Positions 14,101 through 27,279 of a stretch of DNA of 64,000 bases are shown here, one piece after another. The stretch comes from Antedon mediterranea. Lineage: Eukaryota; Animalia; Echinodermata. The stretch is taken from assembly GCF_964355755.1 (NCBI RefSeq), contig NC_092673.1:27959648-28023647 (forward strand). The letters are read 5' to 3'. The notes under the pieces are model-generated. The model ran no database searches. It worked only from the letters and a program-made list of their open reading frames with translations, and had not been told where the DNA came from. Each line of letters begins with the position of its first letter. The first letter of the stretch is position 1. Made by a program: the position numbers and the translations under genes.

Positions 14101-17100
14101 GACAACACAACCATCGACTACAGAACCATCGACTACAGAACCATCGACTACAGAACCATCGACTACAGAACCATTGACTACAGAACCATCTACTACAGAA
14201 CCATCTACTACAGAACCATCAACAACCGAACCATCTACTACAGAACCATCTACTACAGAACCCTCAACTACAGAACAATCAACGACAGAGCCCTCAACTA
14301 CTGAGCCCTCAACTACTGAGCCCTCAACTACTGAACCCTCTACTACAGAACCATCAACTACAGAATCATCTACTACCGAATCATCTACTACAGAACCATC
14401 AACTACAGAACCATCAACTACAGAACCATCTACTACAGAACCATCTACTACAGAACCGTCTACTACAGAACCGTCAACTACAGAACCGTCAACTACAGAA
14501 CCGTCAACTACAGAACCAGCTACAACTGAACCATCAACTACCGAACCATCTACTACCGAACCATCAACTACCGAACCATCAACAACACAACCATCGACTA
14601 CAGAACCATCAACTACAGAACCATCTACGACAGAACCATCTACGACAGAACCATCAACAACACAACCATTGACTACCGAACCATCAACTACAGAACCATC
14701 TACTACAGAACCATCTACTACAGAACCATCTACTACAGAACCATCAACTACAGAACCATCTACTACACAACCATCGACTACACAACCATCGACTACACAA
14801 CCATCAACCGAAACATCTACTACCGAACCATCAACTACAGAACCATCTACTACAGAACCATCTACTACAGAACCATCGACTACAGAACCATCTACAACTG
14901 AACCATCGACTACAGAACCAGCAACTACTGAACCAGCAACTACTGAACCATCTACAACTGAACCAGCTACAACTGAACCATCAACTACCGAACCATCTAC
15001 TACCAAACCATCGACTACCGAACCATCGACTACCGAACCATCGACAACACAACCATCGACAACACAACCATCGACAACACAACCATCTACTACAGAACCA
15101 TCGACTACAGAACCATCAACTACAGAACCATCAACTACAGAACCATCAACTACAGAACCATCAACTACTGAACCATCTACAACTGTGCAATCAACTACAG
15201 AACCATCTACTACAGAACCATCTACTACAGAACCATCTACTACAGAACCATCAACTACAGAACCATCGACTACAGAACCATCGACTACACAACCGTCTAC
15301 TACAGAACCGTCTACTACAGAACCGTCAACTACAGAACCGTCAACTACAGAACCGTCAACTACAGAACCATCAACTACAGAACCATCTACTACAGAACCA
15401 GCTACAACTGAACCATCAACTACTGAACCATCTACTACCGAACCATCGACTACCAAACCATCGACTACCGTACCATCGACTACCGTACCATCGACTACCG
15501 AACCATCGACAACACAACCATCGACAACACAACCATCGACTACAGAACCTTCGACTACAGAACCATCTACTACAGAACCATCAACAACACAACCATCGAC
15601 TACCGAACCATCGACTACCGAACCATCAACTACAGAACCATCAACTACAGAACCATCTACTACAGAACCATCTACTACCGAACCATCTACTACCGAACCA
15701 TCGACTACAGAACCATCGACTACAGAACCATCGACTACAGAACCATCGACTACAGAACCATCGACTACAGAACCATCGACTACAGAACCATCGACTACAG
15801 AACCATCGACTACAGAACCATCTACTACAGAACCATCTACTACAGAACCATCAACAACACAACCATCAACAACACAGCCATCGACTACAGAACCATCTAC
15901 TACCGAACCATCTACTACAGAACCATCTACTACAGAACCAGCTACAACTGAACCAGCTACAACTGAACCATCAACTACTGAACCATCAACTACTGAACCA
16001 GCTACTACTGAAACAGCTACAACTGAACCATCCACTACTGAACCATCAACTACTGAACCAGCTACAACTAAACCATCAACTACTGAACCATCTACAACTG
16101 AACCACCTACAACTGAACCATCAACCACTGAACCAGCTACAATTGAACCATCAACTACTGAAGCAGCTTCAACTGAACCATCTACAACTGAACCATCAAC
16201 TACTGAACCATCAACTACTGAACCAGCTACAACTGAACCATCAACTACTGAACCATCTACAACTGAACCAGCTACAACTGAATCAGCTACAACTGAACCA
16301 TTAACTACTGAACCAGCTACAACTGAACCAGCTACAACTGAACCAGCTACAACTGAACCATCGACAACCGAACCATCGACAACCGAACCATCGACAACCG
16401 AACCATCGACAACAGAACCATCGACAACAGAACCATCGACTACTGAACCATCGACTACTGAACGATCAACTACAGAACCATCTACAACTGAACCAGCTAC
16501 AACTGAACTAGCTACAACTGAACCATCAACTACTGAACCAGCTACTACTGAAACAGCTACAACTGAACCATCTACTACTGAACCATCAACTACTGAACCA
16601 GCTACAACTAAACCATCAACTACTGAACCATCTACAACTGAACCACCTACAACTGAACCATCTACAACTGAACCATCAACCACTGAACCATCTACAACTG
16701 AACCATCAACCACTGAACCAGCTACAACTGAACCATCAACTACTGAAACAGCTTCAACTGAACCATCTACAACTGAACCATCAACTACTGAACCAGCTAC
16801 AACTAAACCATCAACTACTGAACCAGCTACAACTGAACCACCTACAACTGAACCAGCTACAACTGAATCAGCTACAACTGAACCATTAACTACTGAACCA
16901 GCTACAACTGAACCATCGACTACCGAACCATCGACTACCGAACCATCGACTACCGAACCATCGACTACCGAACCATCGACTACCGAACCATCGACAACCG
17001 AACCATCGACAACCGAACCATCGACAACCGAACCATCGACTACCGAACCATCGACTACCGAACCATCGACTACTGAACGATCGACTACTGAACCAGCTAC

Positions 17101-17174
17101 AACTGAACCAGCTACTACTGTACCAGCTACAACTGTACCAGCTACATCTAAACCAGCTATCACTACTGATTCAG
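11196..17174 (+). CDS. Mucin exon 3: long STTEP/ATTEP PTS exon (5979 nt, phase 1-1)
   Basis: TTTAG acceptor 11194-95; contains ORF 11468..17218; donor G|GTAAT 17175. Confidence 0.88.
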
Positions 17175-18075
17175 GTAATCGACTTCTTAACAATAATCAT
17201 GCAATGGAGTTTTCTTAATTTTGTAAACTAGACATTATTTGTTCTCATTTAATAATATATAACGTCTAAATCTACAACTGAGCGTCAACTACAGAGCCAT
17301 CCACTACAGAGCTGTTAAACTACTGAGCGTTCTACTACTGAGTTGATTTATTGACAATATTTACTGAATTGTGTTTTCATTACATTGTTCTATGTTGTTT
17401 TACTTGAAACCTTTCGTTACATGACGGTATAAAATTACTTTTTATAAAATTAATTTTATACCTCCATGCTATTTTTTCTTTCATTAATTTGTTTTAAGAG
17501 GTATCAATTCATTAGAGTTAACAAATATATTTGAAATATTATTTTTGAAGTGTTAACCACAGTACCTGTGACTACGGAAGCATCAACTACTTAATGTTGT
17601 ATTGCTATGTTGTATTGTAACTGAACCAATAGTAGAGCCATTTTACTCCAAAGTACTAAGTCGTGCCCATTTCAGAACCATCACAAACACTGTCGATGAG
17701 GGAAGATTCTAACCATTTACTACAAAGGCATGCCAAACCTAAACAACTGAACCATGTGCTACTAAACCAATCTGCTACCGAACTCAACTATCAAAGAACC
17801 ACCAAACCATCAAACATGGTATCATATATTACCAAACCACCCAAACCTATTTAACTACCGTGTCTTCAACATCAGCAAAAGCTATTTGTACAATTTATAT
17901 GCAATTTCATATCTCATATATAAGATACAATTTGTTTGTTTTTTTCATCCAATTTAGCTATAGCGATTTTTATATTTGTCTTTATATTTATTCTTTAGAG
18001 TTTTTAATTTCATAGTCATTCTTTGAAGGAATCTAGAACTTTTTTAAATATCATATTCTGTTTTTTTATGTACAG

Positions 18076-18210
18076 TTATTGATAATAGGTCCACGTGTCT
18101 TAACACGTTTCAAGCATGCCCTGGAACAACTAATTGTATACCTGAAGATGCTTTCTGTGACAGGGTTCAAGACTGTGTTGATTATTTAGATGAAAATGAA
18201 GCTGCATGTG
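18076..18210 (+). CDS. Exon 4: LDL-receptor class A domain
   Basis: CLNTFQACPGTTNCIPEDAFCDRVQDCVDYLDE..C; AG/GT, 135 nt. Confidence 0.88.
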
Positions 18211-18332
18211 GTAAGTTGTTTATGGTCTTTTGCATTAATTTTGTGGTTTTATATTGCAAAACAAAATAATGAAAACAAAAATAGTTGGACTACAAAAAAA
18301 CATTTGCTGAAGTTTTTTTTTCTTCTTCTTAG

Positions 18333-18455
18333 GTCCTTGCAATACAACTGAACTTCGATGTGATAATGCTTTGTGTATAGATAAAAGTCTCTTCTGTGAT
18401 GACAATATTAATGATTGTCCTGATAACTATGATGAGACCGCCACAATTTGCGATG
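18333..18455 (+). CDS. Exon 5: LDL-receptor class A domain
   Basis: CNTTELRCDNALCIDKSLFCDDNINDCPDNYDE..C; 123 nt. Confidence 0.88.
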
Positions 18456-18870
18456 GTAAGAGGATTTTAAGAGCATGTGGTGTTTCACTTTAATGTCCTA
18501 TATAATACTTTAAATAATGAAATTGATAAAGTATAAAGTAATAAATACATTCACTGGACAGTGTCCCCTTTAATAGGATTGTCCCAAAGGAGTGATTCAA
18601 CTGTTAATATCAGTCTTATAATATATATTAATAGACAATATTTAAGTATGAACCAGGTCATGTAGGCAAAGGTTTTCGATGCAAAGCAGAGCAGACTACA
18701 ATTAAATATCAAAGACGCTAGTTATAACTTGGACATTTTAATCCATCTACAGGCTGTTTCATGAGGAGTACCACAAACAGTATAATAATAATAATAATAG
18801 TAATAATAATAATTTCTTCAATTTGTCGGCCAATCAGTATATAACATGTTTAATAACTTCATTACAATAG

Positions 18871-19053
18871 GAAGCTGTGCTGCACCTCAAACACTAGCGT
18901 TTGGTAATCTGCTGAGCCCATCGGTTCAACGCTCTCGGTACCTTGAGAACCAGGTGTTCATTTACGAGTGCTATAGTGGGCGTACTTTAGAAGGAAACAG
19001 CACTCTTATATGTCAAGATGGAACTATACAGGGAATATTCCCAAGCTGTTTAT
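18871..19053 (+). CDS. Exon 6: Sushi/CCP domain
   Basis: SCAAP...YECYSGRTLEGNSTLICQDG...PSC; 183 nt. Confidence 0.85.
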
Positions 19054-19344
19054 GTAGGTTATAAAGTCAATGTACGGCATTTCAGTTTTATTCAATAACA
19101 ATATTGCAGCCAAGCGCTGAATTAGATGATTATTACAAATATAAACAATTAAATTGTAAATACATTAAAAAGATGAGTGATAAAGTTCATGTACACATCA
19201 CTGAATTGTTAGCAAATAAGGAATTAACTATAATTATTTGTTTTAAATTTATTTCAATTTGTATTTATTTCCATAATACATAATTTTCATAAAAAAATAA
19301 GCTTTTTTCACTACAGTAATTCTCATTAAAAGGTGCGTATGGTA

Positions 19345-20281
19345 AATTCTTCCCGGTCAAAGTAATTAAAATAATAGATTTGACCCTAAAGGTGACTGGA
19401 AACAGGCACTTTCCATCAATCAATACAGTGTCCCTTTGGAAGACGAAAAAAAAATCAGATAGTAGGACTGGAGCTTAAGTTGGCCATTAGTCATAGCCAT
19501 TTCAGTTTTTTGTTTATTTTAAAACATACCGCGCGCGTATGTGAAGGTACAGTAGTTAAATAATAGAAATTATACTGCAAATTAATAAAGATCAAATTAA
19601 ATATACGCCATAAAGAATCAGAATATATTGTGGGGAATAGTATTATAAAATTACATAGGGAGATTTGATAAGACATTTTTCGAGTGAAATCCCGATAGCT
19701 GAGTTTTATTGAGTAAGCTTGCAGGAATAACTGTAGGCTATCTTCCTGTGTCCCGTTAGGACCGAGATGTCTGCCCATGTCTTCTTTCTTGGGCCCACTC
19801 TGTCACGGCAGTTAGTTTCAAAAGATGATTAAATTAAATAATGTATTAATAATTATTAGGATGGTATTCATTTGAATAAACGCCTCTCCAATAAAACATC
19901 ACTTTGAATAATAACCCCTAATAACCCAAGCATTTGTTATTCTTTTTTACCACTTTTCATATCTATTAGAGGATTTCATTTGATTATAAATGTTACCATA
20001 TTATTAAAACTAAAAAATTTAACATATATCCCTCGAATATTCACCTCCCTCAAATGACCTCCGCCTCCCCAAAGGGCCCTACCAAACAATAAAAACTATA
20101 CTTTCAAATGTTATTAATCATCTAAAACACTGTGAAACAAAGTAGTTTAGTTTTACGAATGTCAAGCATTTTCAATAATGGTAACCGACAGAAAACGTAC
20201 AAGGAGAACATTATCATTCTAAGAACCATCGTCTACACTTCCTAGAGGGGGAGCGAGCGAAGCGAGCTCAACACCCTCTAG
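19345..20281 (+). mobile_element. 5'-truncated copy of the same Helitron
   Basis: Aligns by eye to 7221-8356 with internal deletions; same CTAG|T end. Confidence 0.7.
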
Positions 20282-20408
20282 TATTTACAATTTCTAGTAA
20301 AATTAAGACTTGGAATGTACATTTAAACAAAATGGCCTGTAGAGAAGCGAAATCTGATTTTAACAGTATATTAATCTTATTTTGGAATTTATTCTTTTTA
20401 AAAATTAG

Positions 20409-20591
20409 TGAATTGTGACAAGCCAGCTGATTTTGAGAATGGTGAATGGGTTGCACAAAGTGTAATTATTGCTAATGGTGATTTTATTGAAGCTGTATGT
20501 GGTACTGGATATATGCTTGATCCACCCACCCCAACAGAGGTTCAATGTCTGTCTGGAATATTTTCCCCTGCTGCTACAAAACGTTGCCAAG
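20409..20591 (+). CDS. Exon 7: Sushi/CCP domain
   Basis: NCDKPADFENG...VCGTGYML...VQCLSG...RC; 183 nt. Confidence 0.85.
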
Positions 20592-21220
20592 GTACGTGAT
20601 TTTTCTGTTTTTCTTTCAGCGCTTTGTCACAATCTTTTGATTGTAAAAGCGCTTTATAAATCGAACAACATTAACATTAACATACTGTATCTATATCCTG
20701 CTTTATGAAAGTTCTACAAATCTTTATAGTAGTATAGGCTACATTAATTGGATAAATTGGATTGTGCACCCTCTCACAGGCAGCTGATAGGCAGTATGCA
20801 ACACCTGATCCTGACAAATACGAATACACAAATCATTTTATTTAAATTTTTTAAATCATAAAATGAAGTTTAACAATCATAAAATAACAAACAGAAGCAA
20901 AAAGTAGATTACATACACAAACACTAATGAATTAAAGCAATACTTAATCGTTTAAGCAGAATTAATTAGGTAGAAAAATAAGATTTTATGTTATAATAAG
21001 AGAATTTTTTATATACAATTATTAAGATATTTACAAATTTAAGCCTAAAAAAGACCTAAATTGCAAAATTTTGAATCTTGTATTCTTACGACTTTCATTA
21101 TCTAGGGCAGATGATTTAGGATACAGGTACAGGTACAGTAAATATAGATAACTATGTACAGAAGTATTACATGTTTATTCTATTTACCCTAATTTTAAAA
21201 TATTGGTATTTTTTTTTTAG

Positions 21221-21349
21221 ATGTCAATGAGTGCCTTGCTGATACGTTCACATGTCCAGATCAATCTACATGCTCAAATACAGTTGGCAGCTACATTTGC
21301 AACTGTAACACTGGTTACATACTAAATGTAACCAGTGAAATTTGTGAAG
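21221..21349 (+). CDS. Exon 8: calcium-binding EGF
   Basis: DVNEC...CSNTVGSYICNC; 129 nt. Confidence 0.88.
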
Positions 21350-21932
21350 GTACTAAAATATAGATACAAATAATACTATACAAATAATGAATGTTTTTGA
21401 GTTGGATGATGAACATTTTTTCATGAGTTCAGTTATGTTTTCCTGCATGTGTATTTGTTTGTTTCTTTTGATATTTTTTAGTTAGCAGGATTACTCAAAC
21501 AGTTATTGCCTGATTTCCACTGTATGGGAACATGTCATTGCAATTTCATATGCCTAGTTCAAATATCAAGTTGATCGTTTTGTTTATTTTGTTTTATTAG
21601 TTTCTCTATACATTTTAAAATAAAAGATAAAAATTACAAATTGCAAAAAAAAAATTACAATAAACAAGAAAAATATCAAAAATGTGCGGATGGAGGTCAA
21701 AATAAGTTGCGGACAACTTTAAGTCGTGACCACGTGACATGAATGGACAGTTTGACATTAGGATGAGAAAAGGCTTCACTCTTTTATTATTGTTCATTTT
21801 TATTTATTCACTAAATTCAATACCTGTTATAAACAGTTAGACTGATATACCAGTGTGGTAGACTTTTATTCAATATTATCTATTATATTTACGCTTTTTA
21901 CTTACTTAATAAAATTTGTTTAATACACCTAG

Positions 21933-22055
21933 ACATTGATGAGTGTGAAGAACTAACGTTTGACTGTTTTGATAACAGTTATTGTGAAAATACAGAAGGG
22001 TCTTACAATTGTATATGTATCGACGGATATGAGGGTGATGGCACGTTTTGTGCAG
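21933..22055 (+). CDS. Exon 9: calcium-binding EGF (GC donor)
   Basis: DIDEC...CENTEGSYNCIC..GYEGDG; donor AG|GCAAGT. Confidence 0.82.
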
Positions 22056-22104
22056 GCAAGTATTCTATTACCTCATTACAATTTATGTACAATTTATGTA
22101 CATG

Positions 22105-22660
22105 ATGCGGCGAGCACAATGATATTACAGCGTACACAATGGTATTGCTGCGAGCACAATGATATCGCAATGATATTGCATTGAGCACAATAGTATTGCG
22201 GCGAGCACAATGATATTACAGCGTACACAATGGTATTGCTGCGAGCACAATGATATTGCATTGAGCACAATAGTATTGCATTGAGCACAATGGATTGCAG
22301 TGAGAAAAGTGATATTATAGCGTACACAATGGTATTGCTGCGAGCACAATGATATCGCAATGATATTGCATTGAGCACAATAGTATTGCATTGAGCACAA
22401 TGGATTGCAGTGAGAAAAGTGATATTGAAGCGATCACAATACGGTATTGCAGCGAGCACAATAGTATTGCAGCGAGCACAATAGTATTGCAGCGAGCACA
22501 ATAGTATTGCAGCGAGCACAATGATATTGCAGTAAGAAAAGTGATATTGAAGCAATCACAATACGGTATTGAAGCTATCGCAATACGGTATTGAAGCTAT
22601 CGCAATACGGTATTGCAGCGAGCACAATGGTATTGCAGCCAGAACAATGGTATTGCAGCG
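22105..22660. repeat. ~20-bp minisatellite
   Basis: Unit GCGAGCACAATAGTATTGCA with variants. Confidence 0.9.
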
Positions 22661-22692
22661 ACTGTACTCATCAATACATATTTTTTCTTTAG

Positions 22693-22832
22693 AAATTTTA
22701 TACTATCCAAGTGGGATCGAAAATGGTGATGAAGAATTGCTCTCCGTAGGACCACTGGGAGAATTAGTGTCCAGAAATTTTATTCCTCGGTTTGGCTTTC
22801 CTTATGGCGGGAATTTCCTACCGATTGTTTAT
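22693..22832 (+). CDS. Exon 10: NIDO lead-in
   Basis: LYYPSGIENGD...FGFPYGG..IVY; phase 1-0. Confidence 0.85.
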
Positions 22833-23154
22833 GTAAGTTAAAGATAGAAATAAAGGAACATTTCAAAATTATCATACTGCAGTTACTGCAGCAACCACAT
22901 TTGTTTATTCTGTAACCTGTTAAAGCAATTATTTAGCAACTTTTTTTGGTGGGTGTATTCGTACACACTGTTTACTGCATGTTATATTACACAAATAAAA
23001 GCAGATAATTTTTTAAAAACAACTCCACTCCATTTTAGTAATAACATTTATTTATGTAGAGCAGCTTCTGTGTTATGTTTGTTTTGAATAAGATTGAATT
23101 TACTTTTCTATCCCTAAACAATTACCTAAATATTATACAAAACCAATTTTTCAG

Positions 23155-23319
23155 TTCACAGAAAATGGAATATTTGTGCTAGTAAATGATGATGAGGAAA
23201 AGATGAGTTATCCAAGACCATCATCTACTCAGTTTCAAAGTTTTGACCTCAGAAACATAATTTCTGTTTTTTGGACTGATGGAGACCTGAGTAGTGACAT
23301 TGGAAATGTTTTCTTTCGG
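23155..23319 (+). CDS. Exon 11: NIDO
   Basis: FTENG...ISVFWTDGDL..GNVFFR; 165 nt. Confidence 0.85.
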
Positions 23320-23677
23320 GTATGATGATTATTTCTTATTTATATGTGATATTATACCACTTTCAGAGAAAGAGTAAAGAAGTACCAGTAGTTACAAACA
23401 GTACGTCAGTGTAATAGCAAAACTCCCAGATGCAAAACTAGAATACTGAAATAAAAACTAACAAGAGGAGGAATTAGTGTGTCTTTGCTTAATCTTGGTT
23501 CACACTAAATGTGATCATCACAAAAGTCAGTTGATCAATGGCCAAGCAACAGTTTGAATAATTTATTCTTTGTGATTGGTCAAATTTCCTCCATTGCGCT
23601 TACGTCCTTGCGCTGCATCCTGGTCTACCTATTTATATTATAGATTAATGATGTGTTGTTGCCTTTATTATCAACAG

Positions 23678-23845
23678 GAATACACAACTGACACGACAGA
23701 AGAGATGAATTTCATTGAAATAGTAAAGCAAAGACTTATAGATCTGTATCAAGAGGATGTCCCATTAACCTTTTCTCCAACCTGGGTATTAAAAGTCACA
23801 TGGGTAAACATACCACAAAGACCAGTTAGTACCAGTAATGATCAT
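23678..23845 (+). CDS. Exon 12: NIDO
   Basis: FSPTWVLKVTW motif; 168 nt. Confidence 0.87.
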
Positions 23846-24085
23846 GTAAGTATTAATTCTTCTAGTTTTGATATTGTCAAACATTCTGACTGGTTGGTCC
23901 GTGGCCATATTATAATTGTTATGTCCTGGAATTGGCTTGTAAGAGTAAATTGGGTCTTCGTCAATGGTTATTGGTCCAAACTTTGATTTTAAGCACTTTG
24001 AGACATTTTAAATTGTGCCATATATGGTTTTGATTATCTTATTAGCATATAATATATCATTTTGTTGCATCATTTCTTTTTATAG

Positions 24086-24602
24086 CGAAATACCTTCCAG
24101 GCTATTCTTTTGACCGATGGTCAATATAGTTTTGCCATGTTCTTCTTTGAAGAGAGACAGATGAGATGGGACAGAGCACTAGAGACACCTGCTGATGCTA
24201 TAATTGGCTACAACATTCCTTTCTTTCGAACCGTTGACTTCCAAACTCAGGCTCCTCTTTCCACCAATCCTTATAGACCTGATGAGGTCAATGGTAATAC
24301 TGGAAGAAAGGGGCAATATGCTGTTCGATTAGAGGGAAATACAGATGACACTGTAAACCCAAGGAAGCGTTGTATAACCTGGTATGAAGAGGATAGGGCA
24401 TCAAACTATATTTACCCCGGAAATCAAGGATCATGTCCCTGTGGGCTTCTACTGGCCGCGTTAGATGGCAGATATAGATTTGTTTCTCAAATATCACTGA
24501 ATCCTTTTGGCCGTGGTAGAGGAACTGATATAAACATCCTATTGGGAAACAGAGGAATCTCTTCTGGACTGTTTTCACTTGTTGTAGCTCTTCTAAATAA
24601 TG
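24086..24602 (+). CDS. Exon 13: NIDO end / AMOP start
   Basis: NTFQAILLTDG..SFAMF, GNTG, NPRKRCITW, SCPC..AALDGRY; 517 nt. Confidence 0.9.
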
Positions 24603-25112
24603 GTAAGATGTATACTATTATACTACTGTATATTATTACCTCCTATACTACTATACAATCTGAACAATATGTGCCAAGAAGCTGGAATATCAGAACATAA
24701 GTTCTTGTGTCAGACCCACAGATTTTATCAACCTTAAGAAACATTATTTTACTGCAGTAACTACAATTTTGTTATGCAATAACGAATGATTTTAGTTGGT
24801 TTCAATGTTATATGCTACAATAAACAATGATTTACTCCTAAAACAAAGAAGAGGAAATAACGTGTACAGTAGTTACTGCAGTAGTTAATAATGCATCTTG
24901 ATTATATTATCATTTCACATTGATTTTTTTTCTTCAATGCCATATAGGTAAAATGAATTACTAAACTATGTACAGAACAGAAAATCAAATAAATAAAATA
25001 AATTTATAACAAATTTTAAAATAAATAGGAGAATGAAGTAGAAACAAATTGGTTTTAAGATTTTAAATTAGAATTTCTTCTTGTATTTCAATTATAATTT
25101 ATTTTATTTCAG

Positions 25113-25304
25113 CATTGGGCAGTTATATCTGTCTACAAAGCTCAACTTTCAACCGTGACCTGTCTGGGACTGAATGTTGTTATAGGTTGAATGGATTTTC
25201 TCTGATAGAAGGTTATCAAGGACTTGGGTTTACAAGCTATGCATTCCGCTACGGTTACACATTTGGAAGATTCTTTTTTGTAAATCAGTACATCGATCAT
25301 GTGG
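25113..25304 (+). CDS. Exon 14: AMOP
   Basis: CLQS...GTECCY; 192 nt. Confidence 0.85.
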
Positions 25305-26008
25305 GTAAGACATCACAATAGATTTTCTCTAGGGGGTTATGGTTATTTAAAGACACTCTCCTACATTTTTCATTTAACGTCACAACCTGTGAAAATTGTA
25401 AAAATGAAAACTATATACAAGAAACTTTATTTGTCTCTTTGTAAAAATACAATGAAATGTTGACAGCAATTCCGATTAAAATACATAAACTTTGAGATAT
25501 AGTTCATTAATTGTAAACCAGTTAATTAAATTACGTTGCAATGCAAGACAGTTTGGTCAAGCTGTCAGTAGACTTTATCAATTGCATGTTATGATGACTC
25601 CTTTCCAACCACATGAAAATGTTTTCACTCTACAGAAACTGACTAAAAAATTAAAAAACACTCTGTTTAATTTTATAAGGTTAAAATTATAAGGTTACAA
25701 ATTACATTCTACAGACACCGGTGTTTAAAATATGAATAGAGTTTGGCACAAAATAGAGTTTTTTCTTGGACTTTAAATCACTAAAAAAAAGACTAAGAAA
25801 AAATAAGTATAATCTTATAATGTAAGCAGCCTGCTACAATGCCAGCATGGATCATGGACAGATTGATATCTTCGTTTTGCTTCTGTGATACACACCACTG
25901 TTTTTGTTTGTGTGAGAGTAACCAACTTGAATGATCTGGTTTAATGTTTTTAAAGTGACATATGCATTATTTTTACAAAACGTCAAAAACTGCAGAAATA
26001 GTGTCTAA

Positions 26009-26145
26009 AACTCTGTCTACACTATCAAACTAGTGACAAAACTTTGAAATGCCCAAATATGGCAGTGATATGACATCATCATGTCCATATATAGGCAGCA
26101 CATCACATTTTTTGTCACATTAAGTTTGATAGTGTAGACAGAGCT
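26009..26145. mobile_element. MITE family A (TIR AGCTCTGTCTACACTATCAAAC), probably PIF/Harbinger-type
   Basis: Terminal inverted repeats, TWA flanks; further copies 44286-44416, 46606-46997, ~50170-50305, ~55930-56060, 59249-59362. Confidence 0.75.
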
Positions 26146-26217
26146 TAAGAGAAAGTAATTTTGAACAGAGACTAGTGGTTTTACTATGATTTTACTGCAC
26201 TATACATTTTATTTCAG

Positions 26218-26337
26218 AAAATGATATTATGCCTCAATACTACTGTTGCTATGAATCAAGAGATAATGATCTATGTGGATTGTATTTTGAACGAAGACCA
26301 GCAGTCACCTGTGAAAACTATTTTCCTCCATTCCTTG
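26218..26337 (+). CDS. Exon 15: AMOP end
   Basis: DIMPQYYCC...LCGLYFERRPAVTCENYFPP; 120 nt. Confidence 0.88.
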
Positions 26338-27279
26338 GTAAGTAGTTTCTGATTTGTCCAGCTTACAATCTCCACAATAATATGTTTTCAGTTGTCACCT
26401 GGTCCTAGAAACCACCAAACTATGTTGAGGAATAAAGCGAGGAAGCAGGCAGAGACCTGAGGCCCCTGGTTTAGGAAATCTAAGTGGCCCTCCAAGTTCT
26501 AACGCTGGAGGCCTCGGGCGTTTTAGCCTTTTCGGCATATTTTAATGCCTTTTTTTTTCTCTGGGCACTGCACATGGGCCCCTAAACTCTGGGTTTAGCC
26601 AGTGAGTGCTCTCTTAACAAGACTCATAATGAGATACTACGAGCAATAAACAACATCAATACTGTAGATAGATAGAGAAGATGGAGTAGTTGAGGAGTGT
26701 TTTTATGCTAGATATGCTTTAATATCTATATTTGGGTAAAATTGAGAGAAAACCGTTTCCGTTGTTTAGATGAGTCTTGGGAAGTACCTACATCAAAAAT
26801 AAATTCTGTTCTAATTTTGTTTAGGTCTAACAGTAGTTTGACCAGGCTAATGTTTACACATGTTTATAATAAAGAACAGTATAGTTACAAACAAGATTAG
26901 TAAAGCATCATTCACTAAACACATGTGTGTTTAAGATACTCTATAACACTTACTTACTTGTTTACTTGTTTCCGGAGCTCAGCTTAGCTGGGTCTGGAAT
27001 CGAGGCTAGGCTATGCCTATAAGCCCCTCTTAACATCAACTCTTGAATATGGCGCAAATTTTAGAGGGTGGTTGGACCATGCCCGTTCAAGACCTGATTA
27101 AATTGATTGGTTGATCTTGAAGATACTACATCCTCCGATAACGAATTCCATACTATAATAGCTTTTTGACCAAACGAGTCCCTCATCCAATTTGTGTGTG
27201 AGAACTTAAATTTTAATTAAGGGATCATTATAGAGGGCGTATGTATGAATTACTCATCAAACAAGACTCTTTATTGCAG

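Noticed and set aside
12637-17193. 1518-aa antisense ORF of GSVVD repeats (also 8427..8702)
   Set aside because: Mirror of the STTEP repeat, whose complementary codons rarely give stops; no independent gene signals. The GSVV resemblance to the SEA motif is coincidental.
7473-19778. Near-identical small ORFs 7473..7733 and 19491..19778 as a duplicated gene
   Set aside because: They lie inside two copies of a non-autonomous Helitron and show no recognisable domain.
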